In this document: positions 9,601 to 19,576 of the stretch, piece after piece | Layout of the letters: the number at the start of each line of letters is the position of its first letter | Position numbering within the stretch: the stretch's first letter is position 1 | Assembly (NCBI GenBank): GCA_031423795.1 | Contig: JANPGH010000122.1 | Location: 5,603 to 69,602, forward strand | DNA length: 64,000 nt | DNA from: Elusimicrobiota bacterium | Lineage (GTDB): Bacteria; Elusimicrobiota; Elusimicrobia; UBA1565; UBA9628 | Reading direction: 5' to 3' | Notes under the pieces: model-generated | What the model was told of the DNA's origin: nothing | Database searches by the model: none | What the model saw: only the letters and a program-made list of their open reading frames with translations | Program-made: the position numbers and the translations under genes

Positions 9601-9944
9601 TGGCCACGACGGCGTTCTTGTTATCGAGCATGGCCCACTTGCCGCTCTTGAGTTTTGTTTCGGTCGCAGCCCTTGGCGCCTTGATCCTCGTCACTAAACG
9701 GGTATGGATGGCGTCGTATCAAAGCCGCCTAGTCCAGCAAGCCCACGGCCGGATGGCTTCCGCCGTCAATTCCATCGGCGTAATGGCGGCGTTGCTGCTG
9801 GTGTTCCTGCCGATCGCGGCGAGCTCCGTCATCGCCGGAACCGCCGACCTCATTCGGCCCGTGCTGTGGGGAATCAGCGGAACGACGATTGCCGGAATGG
9901 TTGCCGGTTGGTTCTTAAGCCGCAACCCGCCCAAAAACGATTAG
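6666..9944 (+). CDS. Fusion protein: N-terminal hydrophobic signal/anchor, ATP-grasp ligase module, and C-terminal 12-TM MFS-like membrane domain
   Basis: 1092-aa track ORF whose ATG directly abuts the upstream TAA (6663-6668). ATP-grasp hallmarks are FDKIVLKPSSGGGGF and IHFEAFITVIDGKPVVLPIEANPRMGG (about nt 7150-8560). A Pro-rich linker TTPPQRPSAGG follows. About 12 hydrophobic helices span about 8690 to 9941. Confidence 0.8.
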   Translation: MFVVKATFKKKAAAFVVLSLILAAPYQAFAIGEMIRVGSARTSQAPMRINSLRISADGVALTRSLYQVADLQRPPSPAAIPVLPVPVTSDYSGANAEIIRVTPVLQPGNHSGAILSVLTQRQTELSATLGRSGVSADQVSRAAGSAIDGSANSQYRYLETDELAGKTLLLVGFRRYLPYLIQQPMKLGAQHGFSVKLIGYPHEADAAVALGVPRENFIGVDDFGTHDETTVQTIVAHVRGIHARDPFHAVKTFTNYAAFLEGKLHEALGLPGNLPRAVDLSQNKQGARVVWNEDPALRVPARIVASAEDARRFFREAQAAGFDKIVLKPSSGGGGFLAKTEIVSAKAAALVFQEMKARIDQVRGDKMRAQTKAMDLSVGVLAEAQIPDIGPGIPPIMLDVEMLVQRGKVVHATISVNSPSYLGTQETGTTFSSTLFDSYPKIKELILRNSAKAVLGIGLEGNIHFEAFITVIDGKPVVLPIEANPRMGGKDVWENVLASDGIDVLGQGVLGAFGVRMDPRTDPKPLLTQMRSVIPQFTGKLRAIRGLEALKQAGVYGQWDKENGDKIEDISGPTGNSSDYIGYFMLDGLEEGPTLHKLLAALAQVEIDIETADGVIHTQKGDFGHETNPDDYLVSKLLSEIRRRTQSAPTTPPQRPSAGGLLGRIRDAGTRFPGSYYRYVGLNGLLSFADEGLSVAFAIYGIAQFGLAWGLLAQALYILAKAPGSEMAARLNHGLDSIKIFELTTKVKIGLMLVLPVLAWTLPFGWFLAAFLALQTVRGLVNGASRNMAEPEMLPNLVGQKKSDLEVAGLMSDTFIEGCAMTAAFLYPWMQGRLDHLFGPTLGPGILVAILGALTVPNLLLLKTIKYAQPSASNVVPQKAGALGSGVERLDWRDYVPYVAAHFVHSALYGVLAAVLAKFVFGAPLIAGTMIGSYDAGALLVGLIGGSAALAASAKAGNGERSFVSSLLSPKSWFGLTILATTAFLLSSMAHLPLLSFVSVAALGALILVTKRVWMASYQSRLVQQAHGRMASAVNSIGVMAALLLVFLPIAASSVIAGTADLIRPVLWGISGTTIAGMVAGWFLSRNPPKND

Positions 9945-11419
9945 CGCAGCGCTTCGTTGAGGACGCGGCTGGGACTGTTGACGGGAAATTGAAGCCCGAG
10001 GATATGCCCGAGAGTCGGAGCCAGATCCTCGGCCAACGCGGGTTGATCGTATTGGCCGGATCGGATGCCCAATCCCATGAAAACAAGCGGAACGCGTGCG
10101 TCGTAGTCGTAAGGAGTGCCGTGGCTGGTGCTGTACCCCGGGCTATCATCGGAGAACAAGACGCTTTCTTTGAGCACGACCATCAAATCTCCGGATCTTT
10201 CCAAGTGGTAACTGCGCCTTACCATGTTCGCGAGTGGGTCGCCAGCAGGATCTTTTCCAAATAGGTCATCGGGCGAAAACACCCGGGCGACTGCGGGATT
10301 ACGGATTAAAATTCGGGCCGCCGTATGCCGAACGCGGGCCGCGTCGACGCCGAGTTCCTTGGCCATCGGCAGGTTGAGATAAACGTTCGGTAAGTTGACG
10401 TTCACCACCCAGGTTTTGCCCTTTTGTGGAGCGCCAAGCTCTTTGCTCAAATCCGTTTCGACCGCGGCCAGGAATGAGGCGCCGTTCAAGCGCACGGCCC
10501 CCATTTTTTTGCCCGCGTCGCTCTCCGGAGAGGGTAATACCCCGTGATCCGCGGACAAGGCGAAAGTGTAATTTCCGCGCCCGAACCGTTGGTCCAAGTC
10601 GTCCAAGAAATAGCCCAATTCCCGGTCTAAAGCGAGCAATTGATTGTGCATTTCCAGGCTGTCGGGTCCTTTTTGGTGACCGATGACATCAGTCGCCGAG
10701 AGGCTTACGGTCAAGAGGTCGGGTGCGTCGTGTTTGCCGAGATTTTCCTCCTCGAGCGCGCGCCGAGCTAAAGCCAATGTCAAAACGTCGAAAAGCGGGG
10801 TGCGGCGCAGGTCTTTGCGTTGATCCGCTGGGTTGCCGAGCGCGGCGTCCCATTTCTTCACCCAATCCGGCACGGAGGGGTAATAGGCGCTGCTAGCGAA
10901 TTCGCCGGTGGACGTCTCATACCACAGCACTAAATCGGGTTTGTGGCCGCCCATCAAGATCGCGGCGCGGTCCTTCCCGGAGATGGAGATGACTTTGGAG
11001 CCCGGCGAGGCGGCCTTCAACACGTCGCCCAAGCTCGGGCACAATTCTCTTTTCGGACTTTTCCCGAGTTCGGTATCGTCTACGGAGTAGATTTCCTTGC
11101 CCGTCGTTCGATCCCACCAATCGTTGGCGACGATGCCGTGCTGCGCCGGGAAGCAGCCTGTGAGCAGGGCCGCGTGGCCCGGGGCCGTCTCGGTGGGGAC
11201 ATGTCCATGCCGAGCTTGCGTGAATATCGCGCCTTCGGAATTCAAGCGGGCCAGTCCACCGATGTATTCGCGGGAGAAACGTTGCAGGTAGTCTGCCCGC
11301 ATTTGGTCGACTGCTACGACGATCGTCATTTTAGGCGCCGCGGCGCCGGCCGAAATCGAAAAGGCGGCGACAAGGCTGAAAACGGCCGAAGTTCGGATAA
11401 AAAAACGGTCGACGGTCAT
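9941..11419 (-). CDS. Alkaline-phosphatase-superfamily protein (type I phosphodiesterase/nucleotide pyrophosphatase-like), secreted
   Basis: 492-aa track ORF with a signal-like N-terminus (SAVFSLVAAFSISAGAAAP). Motifs: VAVDQMRADYL, GHVPTETAPGHAALLTG, SADHG, TSHGTPYDYD. Confidence 0.85.
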   Translation of the reverse strand: MTVDRFFIRTSAVFSLVAAFSISAGAAAPKMTIVVAVDQMRADYLQRFSREYIGGLARLNSEGAIFTQARHGHVPTETAPGHAALLTGCFPAQHGIVANDWWDRTTGKEIYSVDDTELGKSPKRELCPSLGDVLKAASPGSKVISISGKDRAAILMGGHKPDLVLWYETSTGEFASSAYYPSVPDWVKKWDAALGNPADQRKDLRRTPLFDVLTLALARRALEEENLGKHDAPDLLTVSLSATDVIGHQKGPDSLEMHNQLLALDRELGYFLDDLDQRFGRGNYTFALSADHGVLPSPESDAGKKMGAVRLNGASFLAAVETDLSKELGAPQKGKTWVVNVNLPNVYLNLPMAKELGVDAARVRHTAARILIRNPAVARVFSPDDLFGKDPAGDPLANMVRRSYHLERSGDLMVVLKESVLFSDDSPGYSTSHGTPYDYDARVPLVFMGLGIRSGQYDQPALAEDLAPTLGHILGLQFPVNSPSRVLNEALR

Positions 11420-11470
11420 TGAATCTTCCCCCTTGGAGTGCGAGCGTGCATTTTAGCAACAAAGATGAAG

Positions 11471-11496
11471 CCGCCGCCCTACGTGCGGGGCGGCGG
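11471..11496 (-). terminator. GC-rich hairpin downstream of the 156-aa gene; candidate intrinsic terminator
   Basis: CCGCCGCCC (11471-11479), a 7-nt loop, then GGGCGGCGG within 11487-11496. On the minus strand it is followed by a moderately T-rich stretch (cttcatctttgtt). Confidence 0.4.
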
Positions 11497-11508
11497 GTAC
11501 GGGACGGC

Positions 11509-11979
11509 TTACTCTTTATCGCAGACGGCGGAATCAGCGCGAACGTCCAGTATTTGATGGATAGGCGCGTTGTGGTCCGAGGGCACTTCTGAGCTGCCCA
11601 CGCTGATCGTCGTGCTCATCGGATGAACGCCGTCCGAATTCCAAAAGGCCTTAAAGTGGGTGACGTAGTTATCCGCTTCGCCGGGTTTGGGGGCGCCTTT
11701 GGCGGTCTCGATCTCGGCGACGCCCATATAAGGCAGTACCTTGGGACAACGCTGTGCGACGGCGGCCAAGACCTGCGAGCGCAGTTTTACGGGCAGCGCC
11801 GACTTGGGACCGAAAGAACGCGTCACGGCATCGTCCGATAGGGCGACGACGACATTCATGTTCGTACGGCAGGTGGCCGCTACCTGGCGGGCTTCGGCTA
11901 GACACTGTTCCAGGGACGCGGTTTCGGCGGATGCGGAAACTGCGGCGGATATTATCACGACGACGATCATGGTGCGCAT
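11509..11979 (-). CDS. Small secreted hypothetical protein (4 Cys)
   Basis: 156-aa track ORF with signal peptide MRTMIVVVIISAAVSASAETA. No recognisable motif. Confidence 0.55.
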   Translation of the reverse strand: MRTMIVVVIISAAVSASAETASLEQCLAEARQVAATCRTNMNVVVALSDDAVTRSFGPKSALPVKLRSQVLAAVAQRCPKVLPYMGVAEIETAKGAPKPGEADNYVTHFKAFWNSDGVHPMSTTISVGSSEVPSDHNAPIHQILDVRADSAVCDKE

Positions 11980-12130
11980 ATCTGTTTCACCTCGCTTTGA
12001 TTTACGGTCAAGTCATTGTACGCCCGCATGATTTGAATCGGGTGCCGACGGGGTAAAGACTGCGTGACGATGGGATGCGTGCCGCCCGTCAATTGATCTG
12101 GGGGGCCGGAAAAGCTATCCTAGCCCTTCG

Positions 12131-12679
12131 ATGGCGACCGAGACGCTGGTTCACCCACAAATCAAGAAGGTTCTCCTGACTGAGGACGCCTTGCGCGCCC
12201 GCGTGAAAGAGTTGGGCGCCCAAATCACCCGCGACTATGCCGGGCGTCGGCTGACGGTTGTGGGGATCATGAAGGGAAGCCTGATTTTCATGGCCGATCT
12301 GCTCCGGGCGATCGGTCCGGAAGTCGATGTTGTGGTGGATTTTATGGCAGTTTCTTCGTATGCCGGCGCCGCATCAACCGGAACCGTCCGGGTGCTCCTG
12401 GATTTGCGTGCGGACCCTTCGGGGTCGCATATTTTAGTGGTAGAAGATATCGTGGACACGGGGCTGACCCTGACGTCGATCACCGAAACGTTGCGCGCGC
12501 ACAAGCCGGCGTCCCTTGAAGTGTGTACGCTTTTAGACAAGCCGGAATGTCGAAAAACCCCGTTTTCCCCAAAGTATGCGGGTTTTAAAATCCCGAACGA
12601 GTTTGTCGTCGGCTTTGGACTCGATTATGAGGAGCGCTTTCGCCAGCTGCCGTATGTAGGAGTCATGAGGACCACCTGA
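12131..12679 (+). CDS. hpt: Hypoxanthine phosphoribosyltransferase
   Basis: 182 aa. PRPP-binding loop HILVVEDIVDTGLTL. Conserved position immediately upstream of ftsH. Confidence 0.9.
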   Translation: MATETLVHPQIKKVLLTEDALRARVKELGAQITRDYAGRRLTVVGIMKGSLIFMADLLRAIGPEVDVVVDFMAVSSYAGAASTGTVRVLLDLRADPSGSHILVVEDIVDTGLTLTSITETLRAHKPASLEVCTLLDKPECRKTPFSPKYAGFKIPNEFVVGFGLDYEERFRQLPYVGVMRTT

Positions 12680-14487
12680 TGGACAACAAGAATATTAAGC
12701 AACTCGCGATGTGGGGATTCGGATTTTTAATGCTGCTGATGCTGTTCAACAGCGTGAAAAGCACGGTTCCCGTGGAAAAGGAAATCCCCTACTCCGAGTT
12801 CAAAAATCAGCTTCGCGGCGGCACCATCACCGAGGTGCGCGTTCGTCCGGACCTGATTCGCGGCTCTTATCACGACGAAAAGGGCGGGGTGCAGTCGTTT
12901 CGCACCTTACCGCTGAATGATCCGAACCTGGTCTCCGAGCTGCAGGATCATAAGGTGTCCAATTTTCAAGGCGAGCCGGATCGCTCTTGGATGTCGAGCG
13001 TGTTGCTGAACGTGGGCGGCCTGCTGCTGTTTTTCGTTTTGTGGTGGTTTTTCGTGCTCCGACAAGTCCAGGTCGGCGGCAAGCAGGCGCTGTCGTTCGG
13101 CCGTTCGAAGGCGAAAATGGTCGACGAGAAGAAGAAAAAGACCACTTTCGCCGATGTTGCCGGCTGCGACGAATCAAAGGAAGAGCTGGGCGAAGTCGTC
13201 GAATTCCTTAAGCACCCCGAGAAATTCCAGAAACTCGGCGGTAAAATGCCCCGCGGAGTGCTCCTGTTCGGGCCCCCCGGCACGGGCAAGACCTTGCTCG
13301 CCCGCGCGGTCGCCGGCGAGGCGGGCGTTCCGTTTTTCTCCGCGTCGGCATCCGAGTTCGTTGAAATGTTCGTCGGTGTCGGCGCCAGTCGCGTGCGGGA
13401 CCTGTTCGAACAAGCCAAGAAGGCCGCTCCGGCAGTTATTTTCATCGACGAGCTGGACGCCGTCGGCCGGCATCGTTTCGCCGGAATCGGCGGCGGCCAC
13501 GACGAGCGCGAGCAGACTTTAAACCAGCTGCTCATCGAGCTGGATGGATTTGAGCAGAATCAGGGCATCATCCTCATCGCAGCGACGAACCGGCCCGATG
13601 TGATCGATCCGGCGCTGTTGCGGCCCGGACGATTCGACCGGCAAGTGATGATCCCAGTCCCCGACCTGAAGGGCCGCGAGGCCATCTTGCGGGTGCACTC
13701 GAAGACGGTGACGATGGCGCCCGACGCGGACTTGTCCATCGTCGCGCGGCGCACCCCTGGATTTGCGGGCGCGGACCTGGCCAACGTGGTCAATGAAGCG
13801 GCCTTGCTCGCCGCGCGCAAGGGCAAAGAAGGTGTCGAACTGGCCGATCTTGAAGAAGCCATCGAGCGCGTGATGGCCGGTCCGCAGAAACGGTCAAGCC
13901 TAATGTCCGAGAAGGAAAAGAAAATCGTCGCCTATCACGAATCCGGCCACACGCTGGTGGCAAAGCTAATGCCCGGGGCAGATCCCGTGCACAAGGTCTC
14001 GATCATTTCGCGCGGTATGGCTCTCGGGTACACGTTGCAATTGCCCATCGACGATAAGTACCTGACTTCGCGCCAGGACATCCTGAATCGGTTGGCGATC
14101 CTGCTTGGCGGCCGCGCGGCCGAGGAGATCAACTTCGCCGAGATCACGACCGGAGCCGCCGACGATTTATCGAAGGCCACGGCGTACGCGACGCGCATGG
14201 TGACCGAGTTCGGAATGAGCGACAAGATCGGCCCATTGTCCCTGAGAAAACCGGACCAGGAAATGTTCCTGGGGCGAGACATGAACAAGGGCGTGGGCTA
14301 CTCCGAGCGCACTGCTCAGCTAATCGACGAGGAAGTCAAGCGCATTGTGACCGATGCTCAGACGAAGGCGCGTGAAATCCTGAACGCCAACCGCAAAATG
14401 CTCGATGACTTGGCCCAAAAATTATTCGACCGCGAAGTGCTCAATGGTGAAGACATCGATGCCATCCTCCAGGCTGCCCGCGCCTAA
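12679..14487 (+). CDS. ftsH: ATP-dependent zinc metalloprotease FtsH
   Basis: 602 aa. Walker [24 protein letters not shown], Walker [13 protein letters not shown] region, zinc site HESGH. Confidence 0.97.
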   Translation: MDNKNIKQLAMWGFGFLMLLMLFNSVKSTVPVEKEIPYSEFKNQLRGGTITEVRVRPDLIRGSYHDEKGGVQSFRTLPLNDPNLVSELQDHKVSNFQGEPDRSWMSSVLLNVGGLLLFFVLWWFFVLRQVQVGGKQALSFGRSKAKMVDEKKKKTTFADVAGCDESKEELGEVVEFLKHPEKFQKLGGKMPRGVLLFGPPGTGKTLLARAVAGEAGVPFFSASASEFVEMFVGVGASRVRDLFEQAKKAAPAVIFIDELDAVGRHRFAGIGGGHDEREQTLNQLLIELDGFEQNQGIILIAATNRPDVIDPALLRPGRFDRQVMIPVPDLKGREAILRVHSKTVTMAPDADLSIVARRTPGFAGADLANVVNEAALLAARKGKEGVELADLEEAIERVMAGPQKRSSLMSEKEKKIVAYHESGHTLVAKLMPGADPVHKVSIISRGMALGYTLQLPIDDKYLTSRQDILNRLAILLGGRAAEEINFAEITTGAADDLSKATAYATRMVTEFGMSDKIGPLSLRKPDQEMFLGRDMNKGVGYSERTAQLIDEEVKRIVTDAQTKAREILNANRKMLDDLAQKLFDREVLNGEDIDAILQAARA

Positions 14488-14488
14488 G

Positions 14489-14518
14489 AGCCTCTCTCAT
14501 AACTACAAGGCCCCTCGG
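14489..14518. repeat. Left terminal inverted repeat of the MITE-like element
   Basis: Matches the reverse complement of 14736-14765 at 29 of 30 positions. Confidence 0.85.
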
Positions 14519-14735
14519 CCGAACGCCTTTGACTTACGGCTAGGCGCGACGAGCGAGCATGCCGGTAGGCCTGTGAGCGAGGAGCAACAACGCCGTAAGT
14601 CAAAGGCGTTCGACCCTTCCAATAAAAAAAAGGGAAGGGAGACCCGCTCCCGGCCGAGTTCTTCGTCACTCGTCGCTCACATAGCTACCGCTATGCTCGC
14701 TCCTCGTTCCTCGAAATCGACTCTGGAGCGGGTCT

Positions 14736-14765
14736 CCGAGGGGTCTTGTAGTTATGAGAGAGGCT
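14736..14765. repeat. Right terminal inverted repeat of the MITE-like element
   Basis: Matches the reverse complement of 14489-14518 at 29 of 30 positions. Confidence 0.85.
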
Positions 14766-14815
14766 CTAAGCGCGCGAGCGCGACTGCGCTCCCGAGCTTC
14801 CGCGCGCCGAAGTTG

Positions 14816-15598
14816 ATGGGGATCGTCAACGTCACGCCGGACTCGTTTCACGCGCCCAGTCGCGCCGTCTCTAAAGAATCCGCGATCGAACTGGCTGGAC
14901 GTTTAATTGAGGAGGGCGCCGATATTTTGGACATCGGCGGCCAGTCCACGCGCCCCGGCTCGGCTCCAGTTTCGTTTGACGAGGAACGCGCGCGCGTCAT
15001 TCCCGTGATCAAGGCATTGGCCAAGTCCGTCAAAGTCCCGATCTCGGTGGACACCGACAAGGCGATGGTCGCGGCTGAGGCGCTCGACGCCGGCGCGCGC
15101 ATCATCAATGACGTAACCGCGTTGCGGGCCGATCCCGGCATGTCCCGCGTGGCGGTTCGCGCCGAACGCGTGGTGCTCATGCACATGCTCGGCGACAGTC
15201 CTGCGAAGATGCAGAACGATCCGCGCTACGCCGACGTCGTGGCCGATGTCTCGCAATTTCTTGCCGCGCGTCTCGCCGCTTTTGCGGACGCGGGCGGCGA
15301 TCCTCGGCGAGTCTGGATCGATCCGGGCATCGGATTTGGGAAAACCCTGGATCACAATCTCGCGCTGATAAAGCATGTTCGCGATTTTATCCGCATCGCC
15401 CCCGTCCTGCTCGGAGTGTCGCGCAAGTCGTTCTTCGGGAAAATTCGCCCCGACGGCGGCACTGATGAGCGTTTGCCGGGGTCGCTTTCGGTCGCCGTTT
15501 GGGCCGGATTTGCGGGAGTGGACGTCTTGCGCGTTCACGACGTCGCCGCGACCAAACGCGCGCTCGAGGCGTTGACGGCCGTAGCAGGGGTCGCATGA
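14816..15598 (+). CDS. folP: Dihydropteroate synthase
   Basis: The track ORF starts at 14405 but reads through the MITE. The family-typical N-terminus MGIVNVTPDSF begins at the ATG at 14816. Motifs DIGGQSTRPG and INDV are present. Confidence 0.9.
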   Translation: MGIVNVTPDSFHAPSRAVSKESAIELAGRLIEEGADILDIGGQSTRPGSAPVSFDEERARVIPVIKALAKSVKVPISVDTDKAMVAAEALDAGARIINDVTALRADPGMSRVAVRAERVVLMHMLGDSPAKMQNDPRYADVVADVSQFLAARLAAFADAGGDPRRVWIDPGIGFGKTLDHNLALIKHVRDFIRIAPVLLGVSRKSFFGKIRPDGGTDERLPGSLSVAVWAGFAGVDVLRVHDVAATKRALEALTAVAGVA

Positions 15599-16977
15599 GC
15601 GAGAGCCTGTTCGGCACCGACGGCGTGCGCGGAATTCCCGGGCAAGAACCCTTGTCTGCGCGCACGGTTACGGCCATCGCGTTCCATGCCGCCAGAGCGC
15701 TGATGCGTCACGCCGGAGTGCGCTCCAACGGAGTTCGCCCGCGCATTGCGTTGGGGCGGGACACGCGCGGATCGGGCCCGGCGCTGGCCAAGCGATTGGC
15801 CGGAGGGTTTTCGGCTGCGGGTGTCGAAACCCTCGATTTGGGCGTGATTCCCACGCCTGGGGTCTCCTATTTGGTTCCTCGCGTCGGGGCGTTCGCCGGG
15901 GTCGTCGTCTCGGCCAGCCATAACCCCGCACAGTACAACGGCATCAAATTTTTCGACGCGTTCGGTTACAAGATGGGGTCGGAGATGGAAAGCGAAGTGG
16001 AGCGTGCCGTCGTATCGGCGCGACCCGTCCGCGCGGCGCACGGCGCCGCGCGACTAATAGATGGCCGCGGTCACGCGGCAATGTACCGTGACTTTTTGCG
16101 CAGTGCGTTTCCAGCGATGTTGGACCTATCCGGTGTTCGCCTGGTCGTCGACTGCGCCCATGGGGCGGCGGCGCAATTTGCGCCAGCACTTTTCACCGGC
16201 CTCGGCGCGGACGTGACCTTGATCGGGGCCAAACCCAACGGGCGCAATATCAATGCCGGATGCGGAGCGACGGCGACGGAAACCATGGCTCGCGCGGTGC
16301 GCAACAAGCGCGCCCATGCGGGCGTGGCGTTTGACGGCGACGCCGATCGCGCGCTGGTCTGCGACGAACAGGGCGCCCTGCTCGACGGCGACGCGGTGAT
16401 CGGCGCCGCGGCGACTAGGTTGCTCGCACGCGGCGGCTTACGGGGCGGGAAGGTCGCGCTGACGGTGATGTCGAATTACGGCCTTATTCAGTACCTGAAT
16501 GCCAAAGGCGTTCAGGTCGTGATCACACCCGTCGGCGATCGGCACGTTACAGAGGCCATCGAGCGCGACGGCCTGAGCCTTGGCGGGGAAAACTCCGGGC
16601 ATGTGGTATTCCGCGATTTTGCTCCGACCGGTGATGGAATGCTCACCGCGCTGCAGACATTGGCGGCTTGGCGCGAATCGGGCCGGCCGATGAGCGCGCT
16701 GCGCCGCTTGTACGCGCCAACCCCGCAAACGCTTCTGGCGTTGCGCGTGAGTGCCAAACCCGCGCTGGACAGCCTGATAAAAACGCGATCGGAGATCTCG
16801 CGCGCCGAGGGCTTGCTTCAGGGTCGCGGCCGCGTGCTGGTACGTTATTCGGGAACGGAACCGGCTTTACGGGTGCTTGTTGAGGGGCCCGACACGGCGG
16901 AGAACGCGCTTATCGCAGCACGGATCGGCCGCGTCTATTTTTCGGAGACGGGAATGTCGGAGGAGGCTCACTCATGA
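15595..16977 (+). CDS. glmM: Phosphoglucosamine mutase
   Basis: N-terminus MSESLFGTDGVRG. Active-site motif SASHNP. ATGA overlap with the folP stop. Confidence 0.93.
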   Translation: MSESLFGTDGVRGIPGQEPLSARTVTAIAFHAARALMRHAGVRSNGVRPRIALGRDTRGSGPALAKRLAGGFSAAGVETLDLGVIPTPGVSYLVPRVGAFAGVVVSASHNPAQYNGIKFFDAFGYKMGSEMESEVERAVVSARPVRAAHGAARLIDGRGHAAMYRDFLRSAFPAMLDLSGVRLVVDCAHGAAAQFAPALFTGLGADVTLIGAKPNGRNINAGCGATATETMARAVRNKRAHAGVAFDGDADRALVCDEQGALLDGDAVIGAAATRLLARGGLRGGKVALTVMSNYGLIQYLNAKGVQVVITPVGDRHVTEAIERDGLSLGGENSGHVVFRDFAPTGDGMLTALQTLAAWRESGRPMSALRRLYAPTPQTLLALRVSAKPALDSLIKTRSEISRAEGLLQGRGRVLVRYSGTEPALRVLVEGPDTAENALIAARIGRVYFSETGMSEEAHS

Positions 16978-17696
16978 AGGAACAGCGCATCAAGCTCGGC
17001 GTGAACATCGATCACATCGCCACTTTGCGGCAGGCGCGTCAGGATATCGATCCCGATCCCGTCGCGGCAGCCCAAGTCGCCCGACAGTCGGGAGCGGACA
17101 TGATCGTCTGCCATTTGCGGCGCGATCGCCGCCATATTCAGGACGAGGATTTGTCGAAACTTTGCCACCTAAAGGGAGAGACCCACGTTGAACTGGCCGA
17201 TGACCCGAAGATGGTTGCCGCGGTATTAAAGGCAAGACCGACGTCGGTCTGCCTGGTTCCCGAACGTCCGGGAGAAGTCTCGACGGAGGGCGGACTCGAC
17301 GTAGTCCGCAATTTCAACAGTCTCAAGGCAACCGTCGCGCGCCTTAAGAAAGCTCAAGTCGAGGTCAGTCTGTTCATCGCCCCCGAGGCGCCCAATGTGC
17401 GCGCAGCCCGCAACCTGGGGGCCGACATCGTCGAGTTCAACACTAGCGACTACGCCTCCACCACCGCCAAGCCCGCCCAAAAAACGGAGCTCGAGCGCTT
17501 AGAATTAGCGGCGTATATGGCGTGGGAAATGGGACTCGTGGTGCACGCGGGACACGGTCTCGACTATCACAATGTGGCTCCCATCGCGCGCGTGCCGCAC
17601 ATGGCGGCGCTCAACATCGGGTTTTCGATCGTGGCCCGGTCCGTGTTCGTCGGCCTGAAAAGCGCAGTCTCCGAAATGCGGCGTTTGGTGGACTGA
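16974..17696 (+). CDS. pdxJ: Pyridoxine 5'-phosphate synthase
   Basis: 240 aa. LGVNIDHIATLRQAR and HAGHGL motifs. ATGA overlap with glmM. Confidence 0.93.
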   Translation: MKEQRIKLGVNIDHIATLRQARQDIDPDPVAAAQVARQSGADMIVCHLRRDRRHIQDEDLSKLCHLKGETHVELADDPKMVAAVLKARPTSVCLVPERPGEVSTEGGLDVVRNFNSLKATVARLKKAQVEVSLFIAPEAPNVRAARNLGADIVEFNTSDYASTTAKPAQKTELERLELAAYMAWEMGLVVHAGHGLDYHNVAPIARVPHMAALNIGFSIVARSVFVGLKSAVSEMRRLVD

Positions 17697-17699
17697 CTT

Positions 17700-19568
<1,869 letters not shown>

Positions 19569-19576
19569 GAGGAATC

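Larger units (their letters stand above)
14484..14770. mobile_element. MITE-like non-autonomous element: 277-bp nested palindrome (14489-14765) flanked by CTAAG direct repeats
   Basis: 30-nt terminal inverted repeats match at 29/30 positions (AGCCTCTCTCATAACTACAAG[G/A]CCCCTCGG). CTAAG occurs at 14484-14488 and again at 14766-14770. There is no coding capacity. Three internal hairpins are present. The left flank contains the ftsH stop codon. Confidence 0.6.

Noticed and set aside
11980-12130. Purine riboswitch upstream of hpt
   Set aside because: The 150-nt leader shows no resemblance to the conserved purine-riboswitch core (no UAUAAU...CCGUAAAU-type junction). It is probably just a divergent promoter region.
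14405-14815. 137-codon N-terminal extension of folP in the track ORF
   Set aside because: It overlaps the ftsH 3' end and reads straight through the palindromic MITE-like element. The canonical DHPS N-terminus MGIVNVTPDSF starts at 14816.
17697-17699. glmS ribozyme upstream of glmS
   Set aside because: Only 3 nt separate pdxJ from glmS, so there is no room for the ribozyme.
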